The notes below the pieces were generated by a model that saw only the letters and a list, made by a program, of their open reading frames with translations, was not told the DNA's origin and searched no databases. Position numbers and translations under genes: made by a program. Of a stretch of DNA of 64,000 nt, positions 28,853 to 39,262 are shown in pieces. How positions within the stretch are numbered: position 1 is the first letter of the stretch; each line of letters starts with the position of its first letter. The stretch is taken from NCBI GenBank assembly GCA_902605165.1, contig CACLBJ010000004.1, positions 33,874 to 97,873 of the forward strand. Direction: 5' to 3'. The DNA comes from an uncultured SAR86 cluster bacterium (GTDB lineage: Bacteria; Pseudomonadota; Gammaproteobacteria; Magnimaribacterales; D2472).

Positions 28853-29902
28853 ATGAAGATTGGTAAAAAACAAATAGGTCCTAATCATAAACCTTTCATA
28901 ATTGCAGAGGTTGCTCAAAGTCATGATGGTAGCTTGGGACAGGCTATGGCATTCATTGACATTGCTGCAGACTGTGGTGCAGATGCAATAAAGTTTCAGA
29001 CACATATAGCTGAAGAAGAAAGCACTCCTGATGAGCCTTGGAGGATAAAATTTAGTCAACAAGATGATACCCGTTTTGAATATTGGGAACGCATGTCATT
29101 TCCTAAAGACTGGTGGCTGAAGCTAAAGGAGCACGCTGAAGAAAAAGGATTAATTTTTTTAAGCTCACCTTTCTCACCCATGGCAGTATCTTGGCTAGAT
29201 GATATCGGTATAGAGGCATGGAAAATTGCATCAGGCGAAGTATTCAATGAGAATTTGTTATCTCATATAGAGGCTACCAAGAAGCCAGTAATTTTATCCT
29301 CTGGATTAAGTAGTTTTTCAAAATCTAAAGAGCTTATTGAGAGGTTCGAATCTAAAAATATACAGGTATCTCTTCTTCATTGCACAACGATATATCCAAC
29401 ACCGCCTGAAGAAGTAGGATTAAATGTTTTTAAAAAAATGAGAAATGAATTTCATGACGCTATTCCAATAGGTCTTTCAGACCATTCCGGCACAATAACT
29501 CCATCTGTTATAGCAGCATATATGGGCGCATCTATTATTGAAGTTCATCTGACAATGCATAAGAAAATGTTTGGACCTGATGTTTCATCTTCTTTAGATC
29601 CAAAAGATTTTTTAGAGTTAGTAAAATGTGTTCATTTCGCATCAAAAATGGGCCAATCTTCCGTTAAAAAATCTAATCAATTAGATGATCTCAAAGAAAT
29701 AAAAAAAACATTTGGTCGATCATTAGTCTTCAATAAAGGCTTATTAGCTGGACATACTATTAAATCAGGAGATATAGGCTATAAAAAGCCAGGGGGTGGA
29801 TTGCCATATTCAGAAAAAGATTTTTTTGTAGGCAAAAAATTGCTGCAAGATGTACCATGTCATGAAAAATTAACATATCTTCATGTATCGGATACCAAAT
29901 AA
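28853..29902 (+). CDS. neuB: N-acetylneuraminate/nonulosonate synthase
   Basis: IIAEVAQSHDG, AIKFQT, KIASGE, LHCTTIYP, GLSDHS, IEVH and a C-terminal SAF-like domain (KKPGGG). Confidence 0.92.
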   Translation: MKIGKKQIGPNHKPFIIAEVAQSHDGSLGQAMAFIDIAADCGADAIKFQTHIAEEESTPDEPWRIKFSQQDDTRFEYWERMSFPKDWWLKLKEHAEEKGLIFLSSPFSPMAVSWLDDIGIEAWKIASGEVFNENLLSHIEATKKPVILSSGLSSFSKSKELIERFESKNIQVSLLHCTTIYPTPPEEVGLNVFKKMRNEFHDAIPIGLSDHSGTITPSVIAAYMGASIIEVHLTMHKKMFGPDVSSSLDPKDFLELVKCVHFASKMGQSSVKKSNQLDDLKEIKKTFGRSLVFNKGLLAGHTIKSGDIGYKKPGGGLPYSEKDFFVGKKLLQDVPCHEKLTYLHVSDTK

Positions 29903-31056
29903 TGAAAAAGAAAGTATTAGTTTGTATTACAGCTCGTCCAAGTTATTCAAGAATCAGAACAGCAATTCTAGCTCTTAATGATAATCCTGAAGTCGAAGTA
30001 CTTGTATTGGCTTCTGGCTCAGCTTTATTGGATCGATATGGAAGGGTGGTAGATTTAATTAGAAAAGATGGGATTGAAGTTGTTGAAGAACTTCATACTT
30101 TTGTTGAAGGAAATGACTTAATAGGCATGGCATTAACTACAGCATCAACAATTGAGGCTACTTCAAGAGCGATTGTTAGAATATCTCCTGATATTGTTGT
30201 AACAATTGCAGACAGATACGAAACTCTAGGCACAGCAGTAGCTGCCAGCTATTGTGGCTTTCCCTTAGCTCATATCCAGGGTGGAGAGATTACAGGAAAT
30301 ATTGATGAAAGGGTACGTCATGCAGTCACGAAACTTTCAGATATTCATTTGGTTGCAAATTCTGATTGTAAAGAAAGAATTATTAGAATGGGAGAAGATG
30401 AATCTAACATATTTATTACTGGCTGCCCATCTCTAGATATTGTTCATGAGAGCAATGAATTAGATATTGAAGATGTTAACGAAGCAGTTAGTTTAAGTGG
30501 GGTAGGTGCAGAATTTGATATAAATAAAAAATTTATCGTTGTAATGCAGCATCCAGAAACCGATAGTTATGATAAAAGCTATGATCGAATGATAAAAACT
30601 TTAGAAGCAGTCGATGCTATTGGCATTCCCCCCTTAATTTTTTGGCCAAATGTTGATGCTGGGTCTGATGCAACCTCAAAAGCTATAAGAGTTATGAGAG
30701 AACGGGGAGTTTTAAAGAATGCAAGATATATTAAAAATCTAGAAAGTAAATTATTCCTGAAATTATTATCTTTGTGCCATTGTTTAGTTGGTAATTCGTC
30801 TGTTGGAATTAGAGAATCTTCATTTATGGGCGTACCTACAGTAAATATTGGTCGAAGACAAGATGGCAGACAATCTTCTGATAATGTAATGTATGTCGGC
30901 TGGGATTCAAATCAAATAAAGAATGCAATCGATCATCAGATACAAAATGGTAAATATGAAATCAGCAATATATATGGTGATGGATTTTCTGGAAAAAAAA
31001 TTGCGGATATTTTAATGCAAGATCATTTTTCTGAATCAAAAAGATTTGTTGATTAA
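29902..31056 (+). CDS. neuC: Hydrolysing UDP-GlcNAc 2-epimerase
   Basis: ADRYE, HIQGGEITGNIDERVRHAVTKLS, WPNVDAG, GNSSVGIRE, NIGRRQ. Confidence 0.92.
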   Translation: MKKKVLVCITARPSYSRIRTAILALNDNPEVEVLVLASGSALLDRYGRVVDLIRKDGIEVVEELHTFVEGNDLIGMALTTASTIEATSRAIVRISPDIVVTIADRYETLGTAVAASYCGFPLAHIQGGEITGNIDERVRHAVTKLSDIHLVANSDCKERIIRMGEDESNIFITGCPSLDIVHESNELDIEDVNEAVSLSGVGAEFDINKKFIVVMQHPETDSYDKSYDRMIKTLEAVDAIGIPPLIFWPNVDAGSDATSKAIRVMRERGVLKNARYIKNLESKLFLKLLSLCHCLVGNSSVGIRESSFMGVPTVNIGRRQDGRQSSDNVMYVGWDSNQIKNAIDHQIQNGKYEISNIYGDGFSGKKIADILMQDHFSESKRFVD

Positions 31057-31128
31057 AGTGTCTAACTAATCACTTTAGATTCAAATATCTATGCATTGTA
31101 TAATTTTATAAATTTTTGGGGCAAACTT

Positions 31129-31983
31129 ATGGTCAAGTACACAGGCGATAATGAAGAATGGAATAAAAACTGGCAATCTCGAAGCGAGGCTAATTACATT
31201 CATTGGACAAAAGATGATCCAGTTAATCAAATTCAATTAGCATTTAGGAATCATTGGGAGCTTTTTAATACCTTTATGAGCTCTAAATTATTTAATAAAG
31301 GTAAAAGAGTTTTAGAAGTAGGTGCCGGTCGAGGTAGCCTATCAGCATACTTTAGTGATGCTGGTTATGACTGTACTTTGTTAGATCTTTCGCCTGATGT
31401 GATCGAAATTGCAAAAAATATTTATTCTTCAAATGATCTTAAAGCTAACTTTGTAGTCGGAGACGCATACGACATGGACTTTGAAGATAACTCTTATGAT
31501 GTTGTTTTTTCTATAGGAGTATTTGAACATTTTGAAGATATTGTTACTCCAATAAAAGAACAAGTTCGTATTCTCGATAAAGGAGGATTATTTATTGCAT
31601 ATATTGTTCCTGAGTATCAAGATAATGTTCAAAAAAAATATAATTGGATTAATGAATTATTAAAGGGGTATGAAAGTAATCTAAAAACAGATACTAACAG
31701 TCAATCAAAAGAAGAAGTTTATAGATCAGATCGTTGGTCAGAAAAATATTTACCAGTAATGAAACAAATGGGCCTTTCTGGCATTTCATCTTGCGGTACC
31801 TATCCACTTCCTATGATATCCCACTCAATAGAATTCCCATTTTCATTAATGCCAGAAAAAAGTGAACTTGCTTTAGTTAGACATTTTAAAGAAATGCTAT
31901 CTAAAAACACTAAGTATGATCATCCATGGATGTGTGAAGAAGGATATGGAAATTCATTCGTCGTTTGGGGATACAAAGATTGA
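31129..31983 (+). CDS. Class I SAM-dependent methyltransferase
   Basis: VLEVGAGRG, VGDA and YDVVFSIGVFEHF motifs. Sits between neuC and neuA. Likely ATG 31129. Confidence 0.85.
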   Translation: MVKYTGDNEEWNKNWQSRSEANYIHWTKDDPVNQIQLAFRNHWELFNTFMSSKLFNKGKRVLEVGAGRGSLSAYFSDAGYDCTLLDLSPDVIEIAKNIYSSNDLKANFVVGDAYDMDFEDNSYDVVFSIGVFEHFEDIVTPIKEQVRILDKGGLFIAYIVPEYQDNVQKKYNWINELLKGYESNLKTDTNSQSKEEVYRSDRWSEKYLPVMKQMGLSGISSCGTYPLPMISHSIEFPFSLMPEKSELALVRHFKEMLSKNTKYDHPWMCEEGYGNSFVVWGYKD

Positions 31984-32669
31984 AATATCTCTTTATAATT
32001 CCTGCAAGAGGCGGTTCAAAAGGAATACCAAAAAAAAATATATTTGAAATTAATGGGCATCCATTAATATATTATTCAATTAGTGCTGCATTAGAAGTTA
32101 AAAAGATTATTCAAGACTCAAAAGTTATCGTTTCGACAGATAATGAGGAAATCAAAGAAGTTAGTATTAAATTTGGTGCTGAAGTGCCTTTTATTAGACC
32201 GAAGGAATTATCTGATGATAAGTCTAAATCTATTGAGTATGTAAATCATGCCATTAAATATTTTGAAGAAAATGGAAAGCTTTTTGAGCATGTTGTGATA
32301 CTGCAACCCACTTCACCTCTAAGAACATTTGAAGACATATTCGCATCTATCCAAACTTACGAAACGCATAAAGCTGATTCATTAATTTCGGTTTACGAGG
32401 AGCAAACAATCAATGAAAAAATTATCTATATGCAAGATGGTTTATATTGCAAGCCCGCAGATCAACTTCATAATGCTGGGATACGAAGGCAAGAGGATGA
32501 ATCATTTCTAGTTAGAAACGGCGCAATATATATTACAAAAATAGATTTTTTCAAAGAGGCTCAGTCTTTAGTTTCAAGTAAGCCTTTAATTTATGTAATG
32601 CCTAAATCTAAATCAATTAATATTGATACTCCTGAAGATATGCTAATGGCTGAAAAATTACTTATTTAA
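31965..32669 (+). CDS. neuA: CMP-N-acetylneuraminate synthetase
   Basis: IPARGGSKGIPKKN, VSTD, LQPTSPLR, NGAIY, IDTPED. The start may be TTG 31980. Confidence 0.92.
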   Translation: MGIQRLKYLFIIPARGGSKGIPKKNIFEINGHPLIYYSISAALEVKKIIQDSKVIVSTDNEEIKEVSIKFGAEVPFIRPKELSDDKSKSIEYVNHAIKYFEENGKLFEHVVILQPTSPLRTFEDIFASIQTYETHKADSLISVYEEQTINEKIIYMQDGLYCKPADQLHNAGIRRQEDESFLVRNGAIYITKIDFFKEAQSLVSSKPLIYVMPKSKSINIDTPEDMLMAEKLLI

Positions 32670-32722
32670 TTTTTTTTAAAATCCCATCAAAAATCTATCT
32701 TTAAGAATGTTAATATGCACCT

Positions 32723-33634
32723 ATGTTTTTAATCAATGAACCAAATGAATTCCCAGAAGAGGCAATTAAAAAATTAAGAAATTTTGGAGAAGTTTTTTTT
32801 AAAGATAATAAATATGACCCAAATGATATAAAAGTTTTATTTGTTCGTTTAAATGAAATAATTGATGAAAATTTTTTAGAAAAATTCCCATTATTAACTC
32901 ACATTGTATGTCCTACAACTGGTCTTAATCATCTAGATCTAAAATTTATAAAGTCAAATCAAATTAAGTTAATATCCTTGAAAGAAAAATTTGAATTTTT
33001 AGAGGATATTCATGCTACTGCCGAACATACTATTGCAATAACTCTTGGCCTTTTACGTAAGATTCATCTCGCAACAAGATCTGTAGAAAATGGGGTATGG
33101 GATAGATATCCATATAAAGGCAATGAAATTTACTCCAAAAAAATATTAATAATTGGTTACGGAAGAATTGGTAAAAAGGTCGCGAGAATCTTTAGTGCCT
33201 TCGGAGCAAAAATATCTGCATATGATACCGATATAAATAAAATTCCATCAGAGTATGCCTGCAATTTTGAGCGTTCAATGAAGACTGCTGATATTGTAAG
33301 CATTCATATTCCTTATAACGATGAAAATAAATTATTTATCAATAAAAAATTAATTAAATCAATGAAAAAAGAATCTATTTTAATAAATACCTCGAGAGGT
33401 GAAGTTATTGATCAAGATGCACTTGTAAACTCTTTATTAAACCGAGATATTTCTGGAGCAGCATTGGATGTTTTATGGGATGAGCCCGATCCAATTAATA
33501 AAAAATTAAAAGAATTAGTTTTAAATGCAGGAGAAAGAATACTAATAACCCCTCATATAGGTGGTTTTACTAATGAGTCTCTTGTAAAAGTTGAAGAGTA
33601 TGTAACAGATCTTTTAATAGAAGACATTACTTAA
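32723..33634 (+). CDS. D-isomer-specific 2-hydroxyacid dehydrogenase (SerA-like)
   Basis: TTGLNHLD, ATAEHT, GYGRIG, INTSRGEVID, AALDV, TPHIGG. Confidence 0.88.
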   Translation: MFLINEPNEFPEEAIKKLRNFGEVFFKDNKYDPNDIKVLFVRLNEIIDENFLEKFPLLTHIVCPTTGLNHLDLKFIKSNQIKLISLKEKFEFLEDIHATAEHTIAITLGLLRKIHLATRSVENGVWDRYPYKGNEIYSKKILIIGYGRIGKKVARIFSAFGAKISAYDTDINKIPSEYACNFERSMKTADIVSIHIPYNDENKLFINKKLIKSMKKESILINTSRGEVIDQDALVNSLLNRDISGAALDVLWDEPDPINKKLKELVLNAGERILITPHIGGFTNESLVKVEEYVTDLLIEDIT

Positions 33635-33651
33635 AATTATCTTACAAAGAT

Positions 33652-35022
33652 ATGAAAATTTTTTTATCCAATAACTCAAACAAATTTCTATATCTACCTA
33701 TTGAAATCTTTACTCGAGAGTTTCATTCGAAGATTTATCTAGCTCATGAAGCGGTTCAAAAAGGGTGGACTGTTTTAGTTGGACCTAAGTATGACATAAA
33801 TCCAATGATGAAATATTTGCCATCAGGAATATATTCCGGAATAGGTTTTCATAAATCTGCAGCTAAACTTGCAAAGAAAATCAAATCTTTTGGACACAAA
33901 GTATTCTCTCAAGATGAGGAAGGCCTTGTAAGACTATCTCCAGAGTTTTATAAAGAATATAGAGTTGATGAGAATATTTTTGATAATTCAGATCTAATTT
34001 TTTGTTGGGGAAAAAGGCACCAAGAAATAATGGAAGCTATATTCAAAAAATCAAGCAAAATTAGAAGTATTGGTAATGGCAGAGTTGATATACTAAGCTC
34101 AAAGTTAAAGAAAATCTTTGAAAAAGATGCTGAGCTTATTAAGAAAGAAAATGGTAATTTTATTCTAATTAATGGTAATTTTGGCTCAGCAAATCATTTT
34201 TCAGGTAAAGAAAATTTTTTAAAAGAGCTTGAGTCAAGAGGTTGGCTTGATACTGAACAAAAAAAAGAATATCAACTTAATAGAATTGAATTTCAAAACA
34301 GTATTTTTCTAAAAATGATGAGCTTATCAGTTGAAATTGCAAAAACTGGAAAGAAAATTATAGTTAGACCTCACCCATCAGAAAATTTAAATAAATGGAA
34401 AGAATTTGTATCTGATTACACTGATAATATTAAGATTATTAGATCAGGAAATGTTATTCCTTGGATCATGGCATCCAATTACTTAATTCATAATGGATGC
34501 ACTACAGCAATAGAGGCAGTTTTAATGGGAAAAGATGTTATTTCTTTTCGTCCATTTAAAAATAAAAGCGTTGAATCAATTTTGCCTAATGCAATTAGTT
34601 CTTGCATGGAAACTCAAGAGAGTGTCTTAAACTATTTAAAAAATGATAAAAATAAATATAGCTTAAATGATGAAGCCTTAAAAATTCTAAATGACAATAT
34701 AGAACAAAACTTTCAACATGAAGATGCAACTTCTAGAATTATTAATATGATTGAGAAATTAGAAATTAAAAAAAGTAGGCCGACTTTCTTATCGAATCTA
34801 CTTAATGAGATCCTTTTTAGATTAAATCTACTAAAAATGAAAATATCAAGGAAAATTTATAATAGTAACTTTCAATATGAGCTTATAAAATGTCCTCCTT
34901 TAGCAAATACGGAAGTAACAAAGCTTCTTACTGAAATAGCAGACATAAAATCAGAAGATAAAAATTTTGAAGTATGTAATTTTAATAAACATAGTATAAT
35001 CATCCAACCAAAAAATAACTGA
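33652..35022 (+). CDS. Surface carbohydrate biosynthesis protein; candidate GT-B sialyl/nonulosonyl transferase
   Basis: E..RE..SK N-terminus, DEEG, CWG, GNGRVD, RPHPSE and HNGCTTAIEA motifs. Adjacent to the neu genes. Confidence 0.62.
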   Translation: MKIFLSNNSNKFLYLPIEIFTREFHSKIYLAHEAVQKGWTVLVGPKYDINPMMKYLPSGIYSGIGFHKSAAKLAKKIKSFGHKVFSQDEEGLVRLSPEFYKEYRVDENIFDNSDLIFCWGKRHQEIMEAIFKKSSKIRSIGNGRVDILSSKLKKIFEKDAELIKKENGNFILINGNFGSANHFSGKENFLKELESRGWLDTEQKKEYQLNRIEFQNSIFLKMMSLSVEIAKTGKKIIVRPHPSENLNKWKEFVSDYTDNIKIIRSGNVIPWIMASNYLIHNGCTTAIEAVLMGKDVISFRPFKNKSVESILPNAISSCMETQESVLNYLKNDKNKYSLNDEALKILNDNIEQNFQHEDATSRIINMIEKLEIKKSRPTFLSNLLNEILFRLNLLKMKISRKIYNSNFQYELIKCPPLANTEVTKLLTEIADIKSEDKNFEVCNFNKHSIIIQPKNN

Positions 35023-35034
35023 GTCAGACTTTAT

Positions 35035-35832
35035 ATGAGTGATTTATCTAATCTTAAAGAAAAAGTTAGAAGTTTTGCAGAGATTCAACCCTGGAATCAT
35101 AATTTTGTTCTTCCAGATGGAACAGAGACGAGGCCAGGAAAATTTAGTTCTTTTGGTAAGAATATTAATAAATTAAAAAGATTAGAACCAATACTAGACT
35201 CTATCGATATTTCAGGAAAACGCGTACTCGATTTAGGTTGCAATGAAGGCTTTTTCTCAATTAATCTTGCTGAGAGAGGTGCTATCGTTCATGGTATCGA
35301 TGCAGACTATCACAGAATAGAGAAAGCAAAGTTTATTAAAGATGTAATTGCTCAAGATTATGAGATTAAATACGAATGTAAAAATTTTCTTAAAGATGAA
35401 GATGGGCTTGAAAGTGCAGACGTTATTTTGTGTTTAGGTTTTTTGCATAGAGTGCCTGATCCAATTACTGTTATCCAAAAATTAGCTGAACTTCAAGGGA
35501 TAATAATATTTGAGTGGAAGGCTGAATATTCTGCCAGCAATAAAAATCCTGCAGCTATTTTTTCTAGTCAACCTATTAACAAAATTGATAGCTATGGCAC
35601 TGAATACTGGCTTTTAAGCATTGATGCTTTGAAGAAAATTCTTAAACGTTATGGCATGAACTATACATATCCAGTACCAAATAAGGGAGGCAAACGTGAA
35701 ATGCTTGTTGCATCAAAATATGAAATAGATGGAATTAGTGTTCAAAATGAAAGATTCCGACTTTTTCTTGGTTTTATAAGATTACTGAAAGAATCTTTGA
35801 AAGCTCTTATAGCCTTGATCAGCGCAAAATAA
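35035..35832 (+). CDS. SAM-dependent methyltransferase (CmoB/DUF1698-like)
   Basis: PWNHNF, GKRVLDLGCNEGFFS, LCLGFLHRVPDP. Confidence 0.78.
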   Translation: MSDLSNLKEKVRSFAEIQPWNHNFVLPDGTETRPGKFSSFGKNINKLKRLEPILDSIDISGKRVLDLGCNEGFFSINLAERGAIVHGIDADYHRIEKAKFIKDVIAQDYEIKYECKNFLKDEDGLESADVILCLGFLHRVPDPITVIQKLAELQGIIIFEWKAEYSASNKNPAAIFSSQPINKIDSYGTEYWLLSIDALKKILKRYGMNYTYPVPNKGGKREMLVASKYEIDGISVQNERFRLFLGFIRLLKESLKALIALISAK

Positions 35833-36545
35833 TGCTTAAAAGAATATACTCAAAATTAAACTTATCTAAGCGTTATGAGATATATAAAAAAGAAAAAAGC
35901 ATAAAAAGTGCTCATCATAATCATCGTAAACAGTTCTTAGATGACTACAAAGATATTGATAATATCATAGAAGGTTTTAGGGCTGGTGGAGGTCTAAAGC
36001 ATGATTTTCAAAGCTATAAGTTATGGGAACTAAAAAAATATTTAAGACTAAATAGTCCTGAAAGCATTCTTGAGTTTGGAAGTGGATCTTCGTCATCAAT
36101 ATTTGCAAAATATTCTTTTCAGAATAAAGTTCCTTATACAAGCTATGATGAAAGCAAGCATTGGATTGATAATACTAAAAATATTTTAAATAATAATCTT
36201 AATGATAATATCCGTTTTGTTCATGCCGATCGAACTTTTAATTTTGACGAAGAGATTACAACGGTTAACTACAATATTGACATAGATGGGTTTTTTGATT
36301 TTGTGCTTATTGATGGTCCATCATTACGCATAAATAATATTCGAAGAAAGGATGCTGTGAATGCTGATATTCTTAAATTATCAGATTTGCCTAAGATTAT
36401 ACTCATTGATGGAAGGAAAAGTACTTTTGAGTATTTAGTTAAAAAGCTAGGAAGCAAATATAAAGCTTTTCCATCTAACCTTTTTACTAAGACTTTATTA
36501 AAAAGCGGCTATGATTATTTTTCTCGTTTAGAGTTAATTGAGTAG
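35832..36545 (+). CDS. Putative methyltransferase
   Basis: ILEFGSGSSS and FDFVLIDGP, typical of small sugar O-methyltransferase-like proteins. Confidence 0.62.
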   Translation: MLKRIYSKLNLSKRYEIYKKEKSIKSAHHNHRKQFLDDYKDIDNIIEGFRAGGGLKHDFQSYKLWELKKYLRLNSPESILEFGSGSSSSIFAKYSFQNKVPYTSYDESKHWIDNTKNILNNNLNDNIRFVHADRTFNFDEEITTVNYNIDIDGFFDFVLIDGPSLRINNIRRKDAVNADILKLSDLPKIILIDGRKSTFEYLVKKLGSKYKAFPSNLFTKTLLKSGYDYFSRLELIE

Positions 36546-36580
36546 TTTTGTTATAAATTAATATGTCAATAAATTTTTAA

Positions 36581-38143
36581 ATGGCTTCTGTAACAATTGA
36601 GCAAACCCTTAATAATATTGTTGTGACATGGGTAAAGCGTTTTCTTGATATATTAGTAGTTGTAATAACCGTGCCTATAATTACCAGACATTTTGGTTTG
36701 GAGTTGATAGGTATATGGTTACTAGCTACACAACTGACACAGCATATTTATCTCTTAGAACTAGGAATAAATGTTAGCTTAACAAGATTTCTTTCGCGCT
36801 ACAGGGCAAAAAATAATTTAAATTTAGCCTCACAATACTTGTCTACCTCTATTTTGTTTTTGATTTCAATAGGTTTGTTGATAATTATTGTGTCACCAAT
36901 AATTGCTTTAATTTTTCAAACTATATTTTCTTTACCTCCCACTATGAATAAAGAAATATTCTGGCTAGTACTAATAACAACATGCATCACTGGTTTAAAT
37001 TTATCTTTCAGAACAGGAGTGGGTATGCTTTCCTCAATACATAAGTTTGATACTCTTGCATTTTGGGAGACAATGGCACTTTTAGTTAGATTAATTCTTG
37101 TTTGTCTTTGTTTTTATTGGTTTGATCCAAATTTTTTAGTTTTAGCATTAATCACATATATACCTCCACTGATATCTAATCTTATAATCTTCTTAACAGG
37201 TAAAAAATTAAATCATGACTTATCTATAAGTAAAAAACTGATATCTAAACAAGTTATAAAAGATATGACCTCAGTTGGAGGATCAGCATTAGTAATTACT
37301 TTAGCAGCTTTAATTGCAAGACAATCCAGTTCAATTCTTGTTGGTTGGGAGTTAGGATATGAGCAAGTTGCTTCGTTAACTTTCCCTGTTATGGTGGTCT
37401 TTGCAATAATGCCTTTCATAAGTATCGGAGCTACCTTGCTTTCCCCAGTTGCCAGCCAACTGGATGCTGAAAATAAATATGAATCTTTATATGCAATTTA
37501 TTCTTTAATTGGAAATTATGTATTTTTACTTGCTTTAATAATTCTATTGGGATTCTATTATATGGGTTTTTATATTTTTGATTTTTGGTTGAGTGGCCCA
37601 AAAATAGAGGTAAATTCTATTTTTGATATTTCAAGAAATACTATCATCATATTTTCAGGTGTAGCTATTGCAGTTCCTGGCTTTATTCTAAGACAAATCC
37701 TTATTGCAGTTGGTAATCATTGGAAAGTAGCAATTAGTGAAGTTATTGGAGCAATTATTGGGATTTTGATCGGTTACTTTTTAATGACAAGTTTTGAGTT
37801 AGGAACATCTGGAATGGCAATAGGCATATCTTTAGCATTCATAATCCGAGGAGCAATTTTAATAACTTTTCAGGCGGCTAGATATTTTTCTGTTTCGTAT
37901 TTCAAATTATTGTTTGACTGCATTACAAAACCATTATTTATATTAATTTCCTCCATAGTTTTATCAGAAATATTACTATCTTTTTTAAATATAAATAATT
38001 ACATTCTTATCAATATTTTATCTTTTGTTACCATACTTACATGCATGCTAATAGGATTTTGGATATTTTTACTTCATCAAGATCACAAACAAATGATATT
38101 TCAATTTTTTAAAAAAAGATTAAAACATTTTAGAGCCTACTGA
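36581..38143 (+). CDS. wzx: Oligosaccharide flippase
   Basis: 520 aa with a dozen or more hydrophobic segments and a MOP-family N-terminus (VPIITRHFGLELIGIW...LELGI). Confidence 0.82.
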   Translation: MASVTIEQTLNNIVVTWVKRFLDILVVVITVPIITRHFGLELIGIWLLATQLTQHIYLLELGINVSLTRFLSRYRAKNNLNLASQYLSTSILFLISIGLLIIIVSPIIALIFQTIFSLPPTMNKEIFWLVLITTCITGLNLSFRTGVGMLSSIHKFDTLAFWETMALLVRLILVCLCFYWFDPNFLVLALITYIPPLISNLIIFLTGKKLNHDLSISKKLISKQVIKDMTSVGGSALVITLAALIARQSSSILVGWELGYEQVASLTFPVMVVFAIMPFISIGATLLSPVASQLDAENKYESLYAIYSLIGNYVFLLALIILLGFYYMGFYIFDFWLSGPKIEVNSIFDISRNTIIIFSGVAIAVPGFILRQILIAVGNHWKVAISEVIGAIIGILIGYFLMTSFELGTSGMAIGISLAFIIRGAILITFQAARYFSVSYFKLLFDCITKPLFILISSIVLSEILLSFLNINNYILINILSFVTILTCMLIGFWIFLLHQDHKQMIFQFFKKRLKHFRAY

Positions 38144-38176
38144 CAGTAATTTGTAAAAAGTATTCAGGAGCATTTT

Positions 38177-39202
38177 ATGAAAATACATATAAAAAGATGG
38201 ACATTCAAAAAAGGTGATCATTTATGGCTTGAAGATACTAAGCCAGATATGTACAAAGATAATAATGTTTGCGATAGTTGCGGCTCACAAATGAAAGAAA
38301 TAGCAAAAATTGTTAATGATAATAATTCTATAGGGTTGGTTACAGGGCTATGCCCAGAATGTGGGTATGTTAAAAGAACTCGTAATCTATCAGAGGACTG
38401 GTATGCAGATCATTTTGCAAAACGATGGCTTGTCGGAAGTAATCATGAGATAAGCGATCAGCAAATCTTAACTGAAGATAATTATATCTTTAATAAACTT
38501 AAAAAATATGTTCAAAAAAATGGGAATATTCTTGATGCTGGCTGCGGTATAGGTCAAAGATTGCTACCTTTTCATAATAATGGATATAAGGTATTTGGTT
38601 TTGATCCATCTGAAGAAAGGACAAAGATTGCATCAGAGGTAATGAAAAATATTGAGGTCAATTCAGCTGAGAAATACCTACTTGCTACTGATCAAGTATT
38701 TGACTTAATTTTTTTCTTTAATGTTTTACAGTTTGTTGAAAACCCTTTTGATGTTATTAAGAAGGCTAGCATGAAACTTAGGCCGGATGGTTTCTTATTT
38801 TTTAGCGTTGGCCAGTTCTATAATGATGCAAATTTTTGCCAGTTTTCTCATATCGGACTTATAAGATCTTTTCTCAGCTTGTTTACAATGACTGAGCTCT
38901 TTAAAGAATTAGACTTATGGCCTGTTGAATATTCTGAATCTCCAATGGAGATTATTCTTCAAAAGGGTGTAAAGGGACCCCAATCTATGAAAATTATAGA
39001 AAATGCTAAAAAAATAACTGAAAAAGATATTAATAAGTATGTAAAGAAAACACTTCAAATGAATAGGTTAAAATTCTTTAGAAGAACAAATATAAAATAT
39101 AATGGTAGAAAAATTACTATTGAAAAAAATAGAAGTTCCTCTAATTTACTTCCTGTTAATTTTAATCATGATGATCATGATCTCCCAATTCTATTAAAGT
39201 AA
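38177..39202 (+). CDS. Methyltransferase with N-terminal Zn-finger
   Basis: CDSC...CPEC, then ILDAGCGIG and FDLIFFFNVLQFVENP. Confidence 0.78.
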   Translation: MKIHIKRWTFKKGDHLWLEDTKPDMYKDNNVCDSCGSQMKEIAKIVNDNNSIGLVTGLCPECGYVKRTRNLSEDWYADHFAKRWLVGSNHEISDQQILTEDNYIFNKLKKYVQKNGNILDAGCGIGQRLLPFHNNGYKVFGFDPSEERTKIASEVMKNIEVNSAEKYLLATDQVFDLIFFFNVLQFVENPFDVIKKASMKLRPDGFLFFSVGQFYNDANFCQFSHIGLIRSFLSLFTMTELFKELDLWPVEYSESPMEIILQKGVKGPQSMKIIENAKKITEKDINKYVKKTLQMNRLKFFRRTNIKYNGRKITIEKNRSSSNLLPVNFNHDDHDLPILLK

Positions 39203-39262
39203 GAGCGCATTTAATTATTTTATTGTATTTTGATATACTGGCAGCAAATTTCAGGGCTAAAG

